Shown here piece after piece: positions 30,279 through 46,124 of a stretch of DNA of 64,000 nucleotides. Within the stretch, counting starts at the first letter, position 1; the number at the start of each line of letters is the position of its first letter. The translations under genes were made by a program, and so were the position numbers. The notes beneath the pieces are model-generated. The model saw only the letters and a program-made list of their open reading frames with translations, did no database searches and was not told where the DNA came from. The DNA is from the human T2T-CHM13v2.0 reference genome, Homo sapiens, in NCBI RefSeq assembly GCF_009914755.1, contig NC_060930.1; one strand, written 5' to 3'.

Positions 30279-30900
30279 GTATGTAAACCAAAGGCAACGC
30301 CAACCTTCTGCTTTTATTTAACATGTTCTGCAGTAAACACAAGGACCAGAAGACAGAGTTATGCTCTTTTATGTGAATGTGAATGATTAGGATTGGGATA
30401 TAAGGGCAAGAATCTGTTAATATTCTCTGAGCATTCTTGTTAGCAAAATATAATTACCAGATCCAAAATGTGGTTACAGTAGAGTTGAATTCTTTTATAT
30501 TGTTTATATGTGGAACATTTAAAGGCTGCTTGGAAGACACTGTAGATATTCCACGGCTAATAATTAAAATCTATAATTCTAACATCTCTCCACTGAAAAT
30601 TTAAAACATCCCTATTTAGACATCATTTTATTTTGGGTTTTATGATGTTGTCCTTTTAAGGAACTATGGTAGGGAACAAATACAGAAAATGAACAGTAAA
30701 TTTTTAACAAGCTATTAACAGTTTAAGCTAATAAATAACACAGCTTGAGGAAAGCCCTCTGAAAATGGCTAACTGAATGAAATAAGGCATATTTTTATTA
30801 AATATGTTTTCTATATTCTGGCACAACATAACATTTAAATAATCTTTCTCTCTAAAACCTGTGTTTCCCTAAAGAAACTCAAGCTTCAACATGGTGAGAC

Positions 30901-31052
30901 TTAGTTATACTGTTTTTTTTTTCTTCTGTGCCTTCTAAGTAAAAACAAACAGAAAGGTACAACTATAAAAATGACTATTATGATTTAGTTATACTTTTTT
31001 TTCTTCTGAACTTTCTAAGTAAAAACAGAAAGACACGACTATGAAAATGACT
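30901..31052. repeat. Local tandem duplication (two copies of about 70-75 bp)
   Basis: ttagttatact...ttctaagtaaaaaca...actat(a/g)aaaatgact at 30901-30976 and 30985-31052. Confidence 0.9.
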
Positions 31053-31689
31053 GACCCTCACTATTATAAATTGTGTTTTTTGATTGTGGAGTTATTGATT
31101 TGTGTTTACCATGGTTAAAACACACATGCTTAAATTTTTCAAAATATTTTAAATTTTTCAAAATAATGTTTTAAAAATGATAAAATATAGGACATTGGAA
31201 AACAAAAAAAGCAAATTAGAATTACCTATACAAATGCCACCCAGCCATAACCACTAATAAAATGTTGATGGAGATATTTATTTCTAGGCTTTTAATTTTA
31301 ACAATGCATGTAGAATACTGGTTCATATTGTGTCTCTTTGCATAAGTGAACCTATAAACTGCCTTATATTTAAAACGTAAACTAAAGTCCATGATTCCTT
31401 TAAATTCTATCATAGATTTTTACTAGAATAGTTATACTAAAACGATGTTTTATTATAGAACTATTCTTGATGTACTGAATATTAAAATATATTCAAACTG
31501 TTTTTCATATGAAACCAGTATTAAAAAGTATTTTTGAGGAGAAATACTTCTTTCTCAAATTAGTTTCACAATGGCTATTATATTAGCATAGGGCTAAATC
31601 TGTTGTATTATGTAATAATTTTGCATGTATCATGGATTAGGTGAATACATTTTTATTTTGAATTTATTGCACGTCTATTACAATAATAG

Positions 31690-31900
31690 TACTTGCTATT
31701 TATTGCTGTGGTACTGGCACTGCTCTGTGCCTTGGACATATTAACTTATTTAATTCTTATTGACCATATATACAATAGGTGCCATTGTTGCCCATTTTAC
31801 AGATAAGACAAAGGTAGAGAGAGATGAAGTAACATACCCAGGGTCACATGGCCACTACCCAGAAGAGCTGGAGTAGGAAACTCCATGGTCTGCCCTTTAC
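31690..31900 (-). mobile_element. MIR
   Basis: cccattttacagataag...gaagtaacatacccagggtcaca core. Confidence 0.7.
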
Positions 31901-32449
31901 TACTCAAAAACTGGCTTATATGCCTGGATACCTTAAATCTCCACTTTGTTTGACTTTTCACTAGACTCCCTCTCCTTAATAGAATTATTTTTGCATTTGT
32001 TCCTAAAACAGCCTGATGATGGTGGAAAAAATAGGAGGATATAGAGTAACTGAAAGGGAGATGGCAGTACAGGAATGTTTGGAAAGAGTGAAAAGTAATC
32101 ATTAATGAAAATAAGAACTATTATTTATGTTTAGAAATCATTTGAAAAGTAGTATTTTTGAAAATCTTAATGTATAAACAAAGCCTTCCTGAAACCAGTT
32201 ATTTCCTTAATTAGGTAGTTGGGGTTTTTAAATTGTTAATTTCTTAGTTTCAGGATTAAAAAATACTTATCAACTTTGCTGGCTGTAACTCAAAAGTTTA
32301 GGTGTGAGATCCAATCATGACTAGAGATGAAATGAGTAGAATTTCTTATTATTACTGATATCAGACGATTGGTAATGGGCTGGTGACAGAGGATAGATGA
32401 GTAAGAGGGGAGGGATGGGGCAAATGGTAGGTAAAAAGTTAACTAGTAG

Positions 32450-33301
<852 letters not shown>

Positions 33302-33524
33302 TAAAAAGCTCTTTTAATTTTTAAAATGTCGTCTGCTCAGCTCTTATAGCACACATTTGATTATAAGCCATGCATGCTCCATCAAGACATTTGGTTTTAC
33401 CATTCTTAAGTTTTCCCTATGTCATAAAATATCACAGAGTTTATCACGAATATAACAATAGTTATAATTGTGGAATCTCAAATACAAATGTTAACACTAG
33501 GCTTGAAACAAAAGAAATTAATAA

Positions 33525-33834
<310 letters not shown>

Positions 33835-33847
33835 AGTTACTGTTTTT

Positions 33848-34152
33848 TTTTGTTTTTTTTTTTTTTTTTGAGACAGAGTCTCGCTATGCTGCCCAGGCTG
33901 GAGTGCAGTGTCATGAGATCTCAGCTCACTGCAAGCTCTGCCTCCCAGATTCACGCCATTCTCCTGCCTCAGCCTATCGAGTAGCTGGGACTACAGGTGC
34001 CCACCACCATGCCCGGCTAATTTTTTGTGTTTTTAGTAGAGATGGGGTTTCACTGTGTTAGCCAGGATGGTCTCAATCTCCTGACCTCGTGATCGGCCCA
34101 CCTTGGCCTCCCAAAATGTTAGGATTACAGGCATGAGCCACCGTGCCCGGCC
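33848..34152 (-). mobile_element. AluY-like
   Basis: Reverse full dimer; TSD cagttactgttttt at 33834-33847 / 34153-34166. Confidence 0.92.
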
Positions 34153-35329
34153 CAGTTACTGTTTTTAATCACAAAGGTGATACAGTAATAAACTGATCTA
34201 TATCATCCTGGAATTAAATTTCAATTGGATGACTTAAATAAACAACCAGCACCTAAGAGAATAGTATTTACTCAGCCAGTTTAAATATCAAAACTGTCCA
34301 TTTTATAGAAAATCTTAATCAGGAATTATCCATTTTTTTCTTTGAACATTTTTCTCCATTTTTTTTAAAATGAGGATTTATAGTTTGTTTCAAATACTGT
34401 GCTGTCTCTGGTTCTTCTTTGTGAGACTGTAAATGTGCTATTATTGGAAGTAGCTAAATGCAGAATATTTTGAGAAATAATTCTGTGTGATAAAAATTGT
34501 ATTAAAATAGATCTCCACCTAATATTCTCCATTTACACAAGTTAATTCTGGAAGCCTTTATTTTATTATAGGACTGATTCAAACACAAAAAGTAGAAGTT
34601 TCATTATCAACTTTAAATGTCATATGACTAAATCTAAGGCAGTGATAATATATACATTTTAGTCACAGACATAACTCTCAATTAAAAAGGAGAAGAAGGA
34701 GCCTAGTATTCAAAAGTAATTTGTATATGATATTGGAGGGAAGTTTACTGGGAATTTATTCCCACGCTTTGAGCAAAGTAGCACCCTTATGATGACTCAA
34801 GGCCACCTCCCAATTTCTCAGACCCATGCCTGCCCTTCTGGCCTGAGAACTCCTGTTACCCACCTGTTCGTGTGGTCCATGGCACTCCTACAGGTGGTGG
34901 AAAGGCTGTGAAGTGATGTCATTTGAAAGATATTTCCTTGCAGGATGTTGGAAAGTAGATAAACCACAACCCTGTTCCACAAGGGAACTGCAGAGCTTTA
35001 TAAGAGCTGGTGATGTTCCCTAAGATCTTCTCTCAGTGTTAGGATAGCTAGAAAGGACCTTCAGGGACTCCTTGAGAAGTCTTTTATCAGAGAAGAAATT
35101 GAGAAAGTCAGGTGTGTATGTTTGGTGTGGGACAGTGAAGAATAAGGAGAGGGAATGGTGCACTTCCTGCATTCTGGGTGACTGTCTTTAATTCAGGGGT
35201 CTCTTTTCACCATAGACTGGGACATTATTAAGAAGTCATAGTATAGACCATTCTAATATTTGCCTTTTTATGGGACAATGTTTTGAAGATGTCAGCAACC
35301 AAAACAAATATGGCTATGTTAATAATTGC

Positions 35330-35580
35330 TAATACTTATATTTAAATTGAACACACATTTTGTACTAAATGTCATTTTAAGCACTTAACACATATTGGTT
35401 GATTACCTACACCATAGATCCCATGTTACGGGTTCTATAATTGATCCTATTTTGCAAATAAGGAACCTGAGGCACGTGGAGATTAACTAACTTATCCAGT
35501 GTCTCTTAATTAGTAAGTAGCCAAGCCAGGATTGGAGCTTGGAAAGTTTGGTATTAGAGCTGTGCTCTTCTAACCAGTAT
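35330..35580 (-). mobile_element. MIR
   Basis: cctattttgcaaataaggaacctgaggcac...aacttatcc core. Confidence 0.7.
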
Positions 35581-35861
35581 AAATTAGACTGTCATTCATC
35601 ATAAACAGGATTAGATATTAGATTTAGTACCAGGATAGGCTAAAGCTCATTCTTGCTCAGGGGAGAAGTATGAAGGTCCAAGAGCCATCTCTCTGGCCAG
35701 CAGTGCATTCTGTGAGAAAACACTAGGTTTGCAGTGTGTTAACATATTTGTTTCAAACAAATAATATTTGTTTCCCACAATACTTCCTGGATACCTAACT
35801 ATGAAAAAGTATGATTCAGTTTTACAGGGATTCCTAAGCTTCTCTAAGAATTTCTCTAGAC

Positions 35862-36246
35862 CAGAGGTTGGCAAATTAGGAGGGCCTGTAACAGGCCATG
35901 CATTTTTGTTTACTTGTTTGTTTAGAGACGGGGTTTCACTCTGTCCCCCAGGGTGGACTGTAGTGGTGCCATCAGAGATCGCTATAACCTTGAACTTCTG
36001 GGCTCAAGTGATCCTCCTACTTCAGCTCTCCTGAGTAGGTAGGACATCAGGTGTGCACCACCATGCCCAGCTAATTTTTTAAAACATTTATTGTAGAGAT
36101 GAGGTCTCACTGTGTTGTCAAGGCTGGTCTTGAACTCCTGGCCCCATGTGATCCTCCCTCCTCAGCCTCCCAAAGTGGTGGGATTACAGGCATGAGGGAT
36201 TGTGCCCAGCACACATGTTTTTTTAATACTTGTTTTTCTTTTTCTT

Positions 36247-36277
<31 letters not shown>

Positions 36278-36547
36278 TGGGGTCTTACTGTGTTGCCCAG
36301 ACTGGCCTCAAACTCCTGGGCTAAAGCAATCTTCTAATCTCAGCCTTCTGAGTAGCTGGGACTAAGCTCCCTTGTTCTTATAAATAAAGTTTAATTGGAA
36401 CACAGCCATGCCCATTAGTTTATATATTGTCTTTGTCTGCCTCTGTGCTACAATGGCTGTGTTAATTGATTGTGATCAATACAGTATAGCCTGCCATCCT
36501 AAAATGTTTACAGTCTAGCCCTTTAGGAGAACATTTGCCACCCCCTG
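35862..36547. mobile_element. MER58A-like hAT MITE interrupted by Alu insertions
   Basis: TIR-like ends cagaggttggcaaa / tttgccaccccctg; body taaataaagtttaattggaacacagccatgccc. Confidence 0.75.
35905..36365 (-). mobile_element. AluJ (about 35905-36210) plus Alu monomer (about 36240-36365)
   Basis: Reverse Alu motifs with poly(T) heads. Confidence 0.85.
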
Positions 36548-36754
36548 AAACTAGTCTAAAGAACTGAGAGTCCGCTTTGCTGAACCACATACTTTGGACA
36601 GCACTAGAAAAGACCTGCTAGATCTCCTCAGCCAGGGAAAACAAACCAATCACCCACAGGCTAGTTTAGCCCTACGACATGGGTGGTGGTAGTAGCATTT
36701 ATTTGTTCCTGTTCATTTACATTTGTTTCACACAGTGCTTTTAATTGATGAATT

Positions 36755-36985
36755 ATTTCCAATATTAAACAATTAGATTTCACATAAAAATGAAGTTTTG
36801 GATTTTTCTGGTAAACAGAATACACTAGGCTACTATATCTGCATGGCCAACACAGCTGGAGCTAAATGGTGGCTGCTGCTTTCAAAGGAGCTTCCCAGTT
36901 TACTTTAGCCCTTAGCAACCCCTTATTCTTCCCACTCCAGCCCCCTTTTTGTCTTTAGATGGCCATCTGGCCCTGATGGGCTTTT
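36755..36985. mobile_element. MER102-like hAT fragment
   Basis: agatttcacataaaaat...catggccaacacagctggagctaaatggtggctgctgc resembles MER102. Confidence 0.45.
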
Positions 36986-37134
36986 AAATGGGAATGCTGA
37001 TTTATGCCACTCCCTTTATACGGGCCAGGAAACTGAAGCTTAGACAAAAAAAAGTGGCAGAGGCAGTTGGTGGGCTCCAACACGTGTCTCCTGTCTCCTT
37101 GTCTAGTATTTATGTCTGGGAATACTCATTTAAA

Positions 37135-37532
37135 AAATTATTTTAAATTATTTTAATTGATTGATAAGAACTATATGTGTTTATGGTATACAACATGTTT
37201 TAATATAGGTATACATTGTGGAATGGCTAATATGAGCTAATTAACTTTCATTGTTATCTCATATACTTATCATTTTATTTGTAGACAGAACATTTAAAAT
37301 CTCTCAGCAATTTTCAAGTATACAATCATTGTTATTAACAATAATCATCATGTTGTACAATAGATTTCTTGAATGTATTTCTCCAGTCTAACTGAAATTT
37401 TCCATCCTTTGACCCATACATTCTCAACTCCTGTGCCCCATCCACCCCTGTGCCCCTGGAAACCACTCTTCTATTCTTTGCTTTTATGAGTTCAACCTTT
37501 TTAGGTTCCACATTTAAGTAAGATCATGCAGT
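37135..37532 (-). mobile_element. L1MA-type 3' end
   Basis: tatacattgtggaatggctaa...cagcaattttcaagtatacaat...aggttccacatttaagtaagatcatgcag (reverse L1MA 3'UTR). Confidence 0.8.
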
Positions 37533-39482
37533 TCTCATAATTTCTTAAACTCTGTCCCTGAGACTCCTTTCCCAAGCCTTAAGATTATCGGAGTGCATCA
37601 AATACATACTCATGTATCTTAGTCATCTATAAGTTTTCAAAGTAATTTTGTCAAAAGGGTACCGTGAACTTAACGGAGTCAATATATTTGAGTCTTTCTA
37701 ACTTTTATAGTGATCTTCTTGCCATTCCAAGTTGACGTTAAACACTCACATTCCAGACATTCAGATGTCCTGGACTGTGTTTCAGGAGAAATGATGGGAG
37801 AGGGAATTTCCTGCTGCTTAATCATCAGCTTTGGGAGTTGAAGAGTCCAAGTCACTCATTAACTGACAGGAAATACCTGTAAACAGAGATTATATCAAGG
37901 CTTGTTAGCTAAGCAAATCTTTGATAAGTGTACCCTGTTAACATTTTAACCTTTCATTTTTTTTCCAGGAAATGAAAGCATCTTGCTGTTTATGGTTATA
38001 ATTTCCAACAAACTAATCAGTACAGTAACCAATGGGAGAATAGAAATTTATTTCTAGCATTCCACTGAATGGACAATGTCTGCTAAATATGAGCTTTTAT
38101 TTCAGGATTAATTTGTGATGGAAAAATAAATAGATTTTGCAAAGGTATATTGCTAAATAAATTTTAGTACGAAAGTAACATAGTAGAATTGAACTGACTC
38201 AATTCAACATTAAAATATCCTGTCATTTTTTTCACATATTAAACATCCTAGCCTTAATAAAATTGATATATTATTAATAAATACTCTAACGATTTTAGTA
38301 TATGACTTTGTTTTCCTATACTTTTCTAAAAAATATTTGGGAATTTTACCTTAATTAGGAAATTTTCAGCAGATTTTTAAAAACATGGTTAAACCTGTCA
38401 ATACTTTTAAAAACGAAATGTTTATTTAGCAGTAAATCTGCTTCATTTTATAGCATCTTCATTTTTCTCATAACAATTTTATTAAATACATTCAGTTTTA
38501 TGACCCTCATGGATAGATAAATTTTTAGTGGACTCTTTAATTATAGGTGCAAGTATTTATTTGCCTGTGTAATGATTCAAGTTTAGATACTGGCTGATGT
38601 CCGTCAATTTTCACAAAGAACAGACAGTGCCTTCTCTACTAGTTTTATTTATTTTACTGATTACTACTCTTTCCTGAGGGAGTGGTACAGTATAACGCAA
38701 TGAATAGTCTAAGTTCAAACAAATTACATTTATTTTAACAAGCATTTATTAGGCACTTCCATTGGTTAGCTACTGTGGTTGTAGAGATAAGACACACTTC
38801 ATAAATACTTTATTGTTATTTTCTGAAATTTCTGGATTTGTATTTTTGTTTCCCTCTCTAGGATTTTTTACAGAGTTTGCTAAGGTTTCATCAACTCTTG
38901 GATTTTTACCGTTTCATAATCATTACAGTTCTGTTCTTCATAGCTATAAAACTTCAATTCATTATTGGCTCCTCCCTTGCACTTCTAACAAATGATTGAA
39001 TGTAATATTTTTAGATTACTAAATCATTTTTAAATAATAAAATTAAGATAAATCATTTTATCTTTGCAAAGGACTTTATACTCTGAGGATGCCCAAACTC
39101 TTTATGAACATAGATGACTAAATTTCACTTTAAATATATTTATTTATGAAAAGTTGAAAAATTCATCTTAGTAGCAACTGCAAAGAAAAAAATGAAAGGA
39201 ATTACTGTTTTTATTTTTCTGTTATTGCAACTTATTGTGAGGATTTGCTCTTCAGTTATTTGGAGTATCATTAAGTAGGTATGAGAGGAGCAGTGGGCTA
39301 CACATCAGTCTTTTTTACCACAACTTGTGTAAATATTAACATATAGTGACTCCTTTCAGTAGCATAATTTGGAAAGTACAACAGATAGAGAAGGATTAAC
39401 AGCTTTAGAGCTTTTCCTCAACTGCCTGTTTCCAGTGATTACATTTTTTTCAAGAAAACTTGGCTCTAAATGTTGCTGTTAA

Positions 39483-39922
39483 TGTTGTAGAACTTTGCTT
39501 CTTAGTTCAGCTAGAACCCGGGTTCTTGTCACACAACTAGGAAAATTTAGGCACACGGACACATCGAGTGGTCAGTAGAGCAGGACTTTATTGGGCAAAA
39601 AGGAAAAACAAAACAAAAAACAACAACAAAAAGCTCAGCAAAGTGAGACGGAGGCCTGCCAACAGGCCCTCCACCTCACTGATTGATTCCCAGGTCCCCA
39701 CAGGAGCTGGAGAGAGCAGCCTCCTCCCCTGCATAAGGCATGAATTCCCCGTGGCTCCACCCACCTCCCACAAGTCGGGCTCCAGTCCTCTATGGGCAGG
39801 CTCAGGCAAGGCCTGGGCAGGTTTCCTCATCTGCACGAAAGCATCTGATGTAAACACTTGTGGGGCGGGTGGGAGATTCTCCGGGCGCCCCTTTTTATCT
39901 GCCTAGACATTTGGCTGTCTCA
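39483..39922 (-). mobile_element. ERV1-class solo LTR (MER61-like)
   Basis: TG...CA ends, perfect 4-bp TSD TTAA (39479-39482 / 39923-39926), minus-strand AATAAA at 39587-39592. Confidence 0.85.
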
Positions 39923-40899
39923 TTAATATTAAGTAAACACCTGAAAACACCTTTCTGGTAGCCTCGAAAATCAGTGAACACATACACATCATATTCTAAA
40001 ACCAATTTGTTGATGATAAAACATATCATTATCCAGGAGAGTGGATTGTTTGTTCTTTCTTAACAACCTCCTGATGTGTAAATCCATCAGCCAAAGAAAA
40101 CTGATTGTGATATTGACTTTTTATGCAGATATGCTGAAAATGGAACTGGGTAGAAATAAAGTTTGTATATACTTTTGATAGTTCATGTATTTGTTTATTT
40201 TGGTGTGTTTGTAATGCAAGTTTTCATTTATCAATTAAATTTCCTTTTAATTAAATTAGTCACTTGTATTTATACCATTTTTACTTAAAAATATTCCAGT
40301 GTGATTTTTATTGTTATATTGGATCATATTAAAATAGTGTTTATTGAGTGTTTAAAGCAATGTCAATTTGCTAAACTAGAAGTTCCCCAGAAGGAACAGC
40401 TAACTAAAATACTGAGAAGTAATTGTTGCAGTTTCCCATAAAAGAATGCTACATATTGAAATTTATACTTGTTACTGTGCAATGAAACTGATGAAATGTT
40501 CAAGAAAATTGTTAAATATCTTGCTCTAAATCATAGCTCTTCTGATTTTCTTTTCTTATTTTTACCTCTAAGCTCTTTAACATACTGGGAATGTAGTTTG
40601 CCTAAAAACTGCTTTCCCACAACACTGAGCCCTTATCTCCCTTTGTCTTCCAGAGATATTGTATCAGTGCCAGAAGTGGCCTAAGAAGCCCTTGACTGCC
40701 AACATTGTGTGTAATATGAGAACCACAGGAACTCCCTCCAGGGTCTCCTCTATTGCATGCTACAGAGGCTGAGATTTCATTAGTCTCTGAACTTTAAAGG
40801 CTTTTTAGTTTGCGGAAGTCCCTTACAAAATATAAGTACCTACAAAAGGGAGGTCCTACAAAAAATGGGCATACAGTAAATGTGATGCAAGGGAATAAT

Positions 40900-41830
40900 G
40901 GGCAAAAAGCATTCAAGACAAAATTCCACCTCAGTCCTGCCTTAACTTCTGCCTCTTCAAATGTTCTTTTTTCATTGTGCATTTGCTTAAGTTTTCAATC
41001 TTTAAAACTCCCCCTTCCTCTCTCTGCTTCCTTTCACAGCCAAGCTTCCTCTTCTTGCATTCACTCGTCAGACCTTGGCAGTCTAGATTTCATCATTCCC
41101 ACACAACTCAAACTATTTTCTATAGAGTTACTACCAAAATCCCAATGCAAAGTTAAAGGTCTTCTCATTCTTTATAATTCTTGGCCTTTCTGGTATTCTT
41201 GATATTGTCACACCCTGCATTAAACTTTCTTCTCTTAAATTATGTAAAACCACCTCTGTAAAAGCTGTTTTTACCTTTTTAAGTCTATAGCTCTTTTTCT
41301 TATATCTGATGCTTAAATATAGAAATATCTGTGGTTCCATCCTGTTTCCTTCTCAAATCTACAATCTATCTCCAGTGATCCCAAACACTCTATAGCTTCT
41401 GATGAGTATTTCCTGGCTACACCTCTTACAAAAACACTTTTGCGTCTAGGTGTCACACAGGCACCTCAGTTTCCGTTACTGGACTTAGTGTTTACCCTAC
41501 CCCACCTAAGTCTGCTCTTCTTCTGTTATTTCCTATCTCCTTTTATTAGATCGATATGTACCAGTTTTTGAAGTTGGAAATTAGCAAAACGTCCTCTATT
41601 CTTCCTTTTTTCCTCTGTCTTTAATTAGTTGCTAAATGTTATGCATTCTATCTTTAAATTTCTTGTATCTGTATCTATCTCTTTCTGTCAATCCTTATTA
41701 CTTATGATATCAAGGCTGAATTATTAGTAGTAGTCCTGCTTCTGTTTCCCTTCTTTTGGTTGTAGAACCTAAATGATTGTTTTCAAATGAAATATAGTTT
41801 ACTTGCCTACCTCCTCATTTTCCCTCACTG
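40900..41830. mobile_element. Decayed L2
   Basis: Pyrimidine-rich L2-like body (tctaggtgtcacacaggcacctca...tctgctcttcttctgttatttcctatct). Confidence 0.45.
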
Positions 41831-41850
41831 CCTTTAAGAAAGAGTTCACA

Positions 41851-42161
<311 letters not shown>

Positions 42162-42167
42162 TCACCT

Positions 42168-42757
42168 GGTGAACCCAAAATATCTGAGACAGGTTTCAAT
42201 TAGTTTAGAAAGTTTATTTTTCCGAAGTTAAGGACACACCCGTGACACAGCCTCAGGGGGTCCTGATGACATGTGCCCAAGATGGTCAGGGTACAGCTTG
42301 CTTTTATATGTTTTAGGGACACAATACATCAACCAATACATGTAAGATTTACATTGGTTCAATCTGGAGAAGGGTGGGACAACTCAAAGTAGTGGGGAGA
42401 GGGCTTCCAGGTCATAGGTAGATTTAAAATTTTTCTGATTGACAATTGATTGAAAGAGTTATTATCAGTAGAAAGGAATGTCTGGGTTAAATAAAGGGTT
42501 GTGGATACCAAGATTTTTTCATGCAGATGAAGCCTCCAGGTAACAGGCTTCACAGAGGATAGATTGTAAATGTTTCTTATCAGACTTAGGGTCTATGTTG
42601 ATGTTAATGCTGGAGGGGTGTAATGAGGCATGTCCAACCCTCTCTTCCATCATGGCCTCAACTCGATTTTCAGGTTAACTCTGGAGGGACCTCGGCCAAG
42701 AGGAGGAGTCCATTCAGATGGTTGTGGGGGGCCCTAGAAGTTCATTTTTGGTTTACA
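42168..42757 (-). mobile_element. MER4-group ERV1 solo LTR
   Basis: gtgaacccaaaatatctgagacagg...gtgacacagcctcagg...ccattcagatggttg...tttttggtttaca matches reverse MER4. Degenerate TSD acct/atct. Confidence 0.85.
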
Positions 42758-44281
42758 ATCTTGAGTGCCCACCACTCAAGGTTCTAGTGTGTGGGATTAA
42801 CCACTGGAAGAAAGACAGAGGGTTCTAGTGCTCATGGTGTTGCTATTTTCCAAAGCCTTACAGCAGCTATCCATTGTTTGTGTATCTGATCATCCTTATC
42901 AGTTTTTACTTTACTTTAGCAAAGCCCAGTGACTTGAGTGCACAGACCGTCTCAGTGCCTCCTTGGTACTTGTTTTAGAAATTCTGTCTGCCAGTAAAAT
43001 ACCCATCTCTACTTTCTTACCCCTGGCTCTCTCACAGCCTCCTGTGCCTCATGGGCCTTCTTCTTTGAAATGGATTTTCTGTTCGCTTTTCTTACCAAGC
43101 TGCTGTCACATCCTCCTTTGGGCCACTGCCACCTTCGGAGCACTTCCCTAATAGCACTTAGAACTGTGACGCCATCTCCCTTTCATGCCTCCCTGAGAGC
43201 AGCGACTTAGCTTAAAGCATCATTCTGGCCTCTGTACCTCACATAATGTAGGCAATAGGTAAATGTTTGTTGAGTGAATGTGTAAAGGTCTGTGACAAGA
43301 GCTTCTTGCCAGTCAGTGTCATGTCATAGCCTGCCTGTAATATCAGGCCTTTCTGAAGTATCATGATTCTTTCCTTGGGTCAAGTGCCCTGAGGTATCAA
43401 GGATGAAGAAACCATGCCTCTGGAGATACTGTTAAACTGTTAGGTTATTTTCTGCTTATGCATACCGTTTACCTAGTTATGTATCTTTTGTTAGCTCATG
43501 TGCGAGCTGTGCCTACACATTCCCACAGGAAAGTTTTGAAATATTTATTAGAATAAAACCACTATTATATAAATGTCCCTTAAAATATCGTGCATATTAT
43601 ATATGTGTGTATATATATGTGTATACACACATATACATATATATTTGTATTTGTGTGTGTTTATGATACAATATGCTTTGTTATAAGCTTAGCCAATTTT
43701 TCTCAGACTCAAGCTGTTGGAAAAAGTCTGTTAATTGTCAGAGGGAGATTTAGTGCAACAATGAAAATCTACTTCTACTAAAAAATTAGCTCAAAACTTG
43801 TTTCCTGCTGAGGATGAGTTAGTAAAAGCTTGAAATAAAAAGACACAGAGACTGAATTGAAGTCACAGAAACATATTTCTGGAATTACAAATAGCATATG
43901 CTAGGATGTATGAACCAAAACTGCGTTTTATGGGTAATTCATATTAACTTCACTTTTGAAACTTATTCTTGATGTTTGTATTATTTTATTTGTATGAATT
44001 CCCACCCAAACTCTTAAAATTTATTATACAAAAAGCCCTGAACTTTTTGCACAAACTTTAAGGGGCAGTGGCACTGCTTTTCTTTTCATGTGTGATGACT
44101 CACAAGTTGAGTTAAAGATTTTGAGGACAATATCAATACTTTGGTTTTACATTTGAGAAAATTAAGGCACAGTGGCCTTAAGAGACTTTCTTGATATCAA
44201 AGAATTACTGGTGGACTCTTCTAGGGCTGCTTCTATTACATCAACCGTATGATTTTTCTGGATAATATCACTAAATCATAA

Positions 44282-44440
<159 letters not shown>

Positions 44441-46124
44441 TAATGTGGTTGTCATTGTTTTGATTTGTATCTGAATTTTCACTTGGAAAGCCAGAAAACA
44501 GCAAAACAGAAGAATTTCTGCATGTGTTTTAGTTGTGTGGGTGCACAGTACGTACGGCATGGAGAAAGAATGCATTCACACCATGGGTAACCACAATTCC
44601 ACAAAGCTCTGAGTTTTAAAAATGTGAATTTATATCCTATTAAATATGGATTGGTTTCATTTTTCCCCCATGTCTTCTCAAGAATATATTGGACTTGCAA
44701 AAAGTCCAGTATAAATACAGTGGTACAATACTTTGAAGAAGTATTCATGTCTATAAAATAAAGAGGGAAATTAATTTGACTATTCAGTTAACTTTAAGAT
44801 AAGGCCATGAGGCAATTTATGATGACAAGATAACTTAAATTTTAAGATTAAAATGGTTATAGTGAACTAATGTTAATGTAACTGTGTTAATTATTACGAT
44901 GCTTACTATATCGTGGTCAGTATTTCAGTTACATGTTATGTACTAAATAGCTGCATGCTAAATAATACATAATTAAAGTTATACAAGTTTTAAAATAATA
45001 ATATAAATATTTTGCTTTATTTTATCATTGCTCTTCCTAATTATCCATGACCCTTTTCATCTATTTATTCTATTAAATACTTCTATAGTGAAGTAGCATG
45101 TTCTGTGTACCACATTAAGAATCACAGCCATGCCTTTTGTAAAAGCTGGATCTCTTATTAAGAAGATCATAGCACAAAAGTGACAGGGCTTAGAAGTGAG
45201 ATTGAAGAAATAAAAACCTAAGCTCTCTTCTGTGGTTCCAGTGTGAGAGTAGGGCAGGCAGGAGGTGGGGTGGGGTAACTCATTATTATCTTTTTTTCCT
45301 TTTGGAGACATTATTTCTTTGATATTATTATTAATCAATACCCTATGAAAATTAAGTCATCAAGTAGTTTTTTTTTCCATGATCTCCATGTGGTTTTCAA
45401 ATTGTTATATGAAATAAAAAAATCTGTAATTCTGTTTAGTTCAAGATCTGAAGTTTAAAAAAAGTTATTTTTATTTTTAAAATTCTTCTCACCTGGGATA
45501 TCTGACATAATACTTTGAAAATGTCTCCCTTATAAAGCTTGCCCTGTGAAATACTTTTTATCCATCAATGTTTAGTAAACTTTTTGGAATCTTTAAATGA
45601 TTAACTTAGTCTATGCATTTCATTTGTCTTTTTCTTTACATTCATCTTAAGAAGAAGTACATTTTTCTTCTGAGATTTTATTTCTCTAGTCTCAGTGTAT
45701 TAGGCAAACTTAGTTTAGATAACTTTCAAGCTGCAGATCTGTACAGGCTGCTTTCTATAACTTTTTCTTTTGACAGACTCAGGAAACCAAGTTCTAGAAG
45801 GGTTTAGTGTTTTACTGTGTGATTGCCAGCTTGTTAATGGAGATCTAGGTCTAGAATCTAGAATCAAAATGTCCTTTCTCTCATCACTATGTGCTTGCTC
45901 CAGACCCTTGTGTATTATAGCATCAAAGGCCATGTGTACTGATTCTTAATGTGCCATAGAAAGCATTGCTTCATCTTATACATTACAACCTTGGAGTCTT
46001 TTGTATTTCAAAGTGGTTTCCATTCTTCCCCTATATATTTTAATGCATTAATTATAGATTGCTTATCCAAATTAACTGTCATGTGCTCTTTGCAAAATTA
46101 CATCTTTCTCATCTTTATTACCAG

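Noticed and set aside
29852-30286. 144-aa ORF as a standalone gene
   Set aside because: It is exon 3 read through into flanking intron; splice sites define the true coding part.
40625-40770. Good acceptor (ctccctttgtcttccag) with faint similarity to exon 5 (EVA vs ELA)
   Set aside because: The similarity is in the wrong phase and too short, and there is no convincing donor.
45760-45807. Possible small exon after ttttcttttgacag in intron 5
   Set aside because: Weak donor (GTTTAG) and 25-nt length; chance-level.
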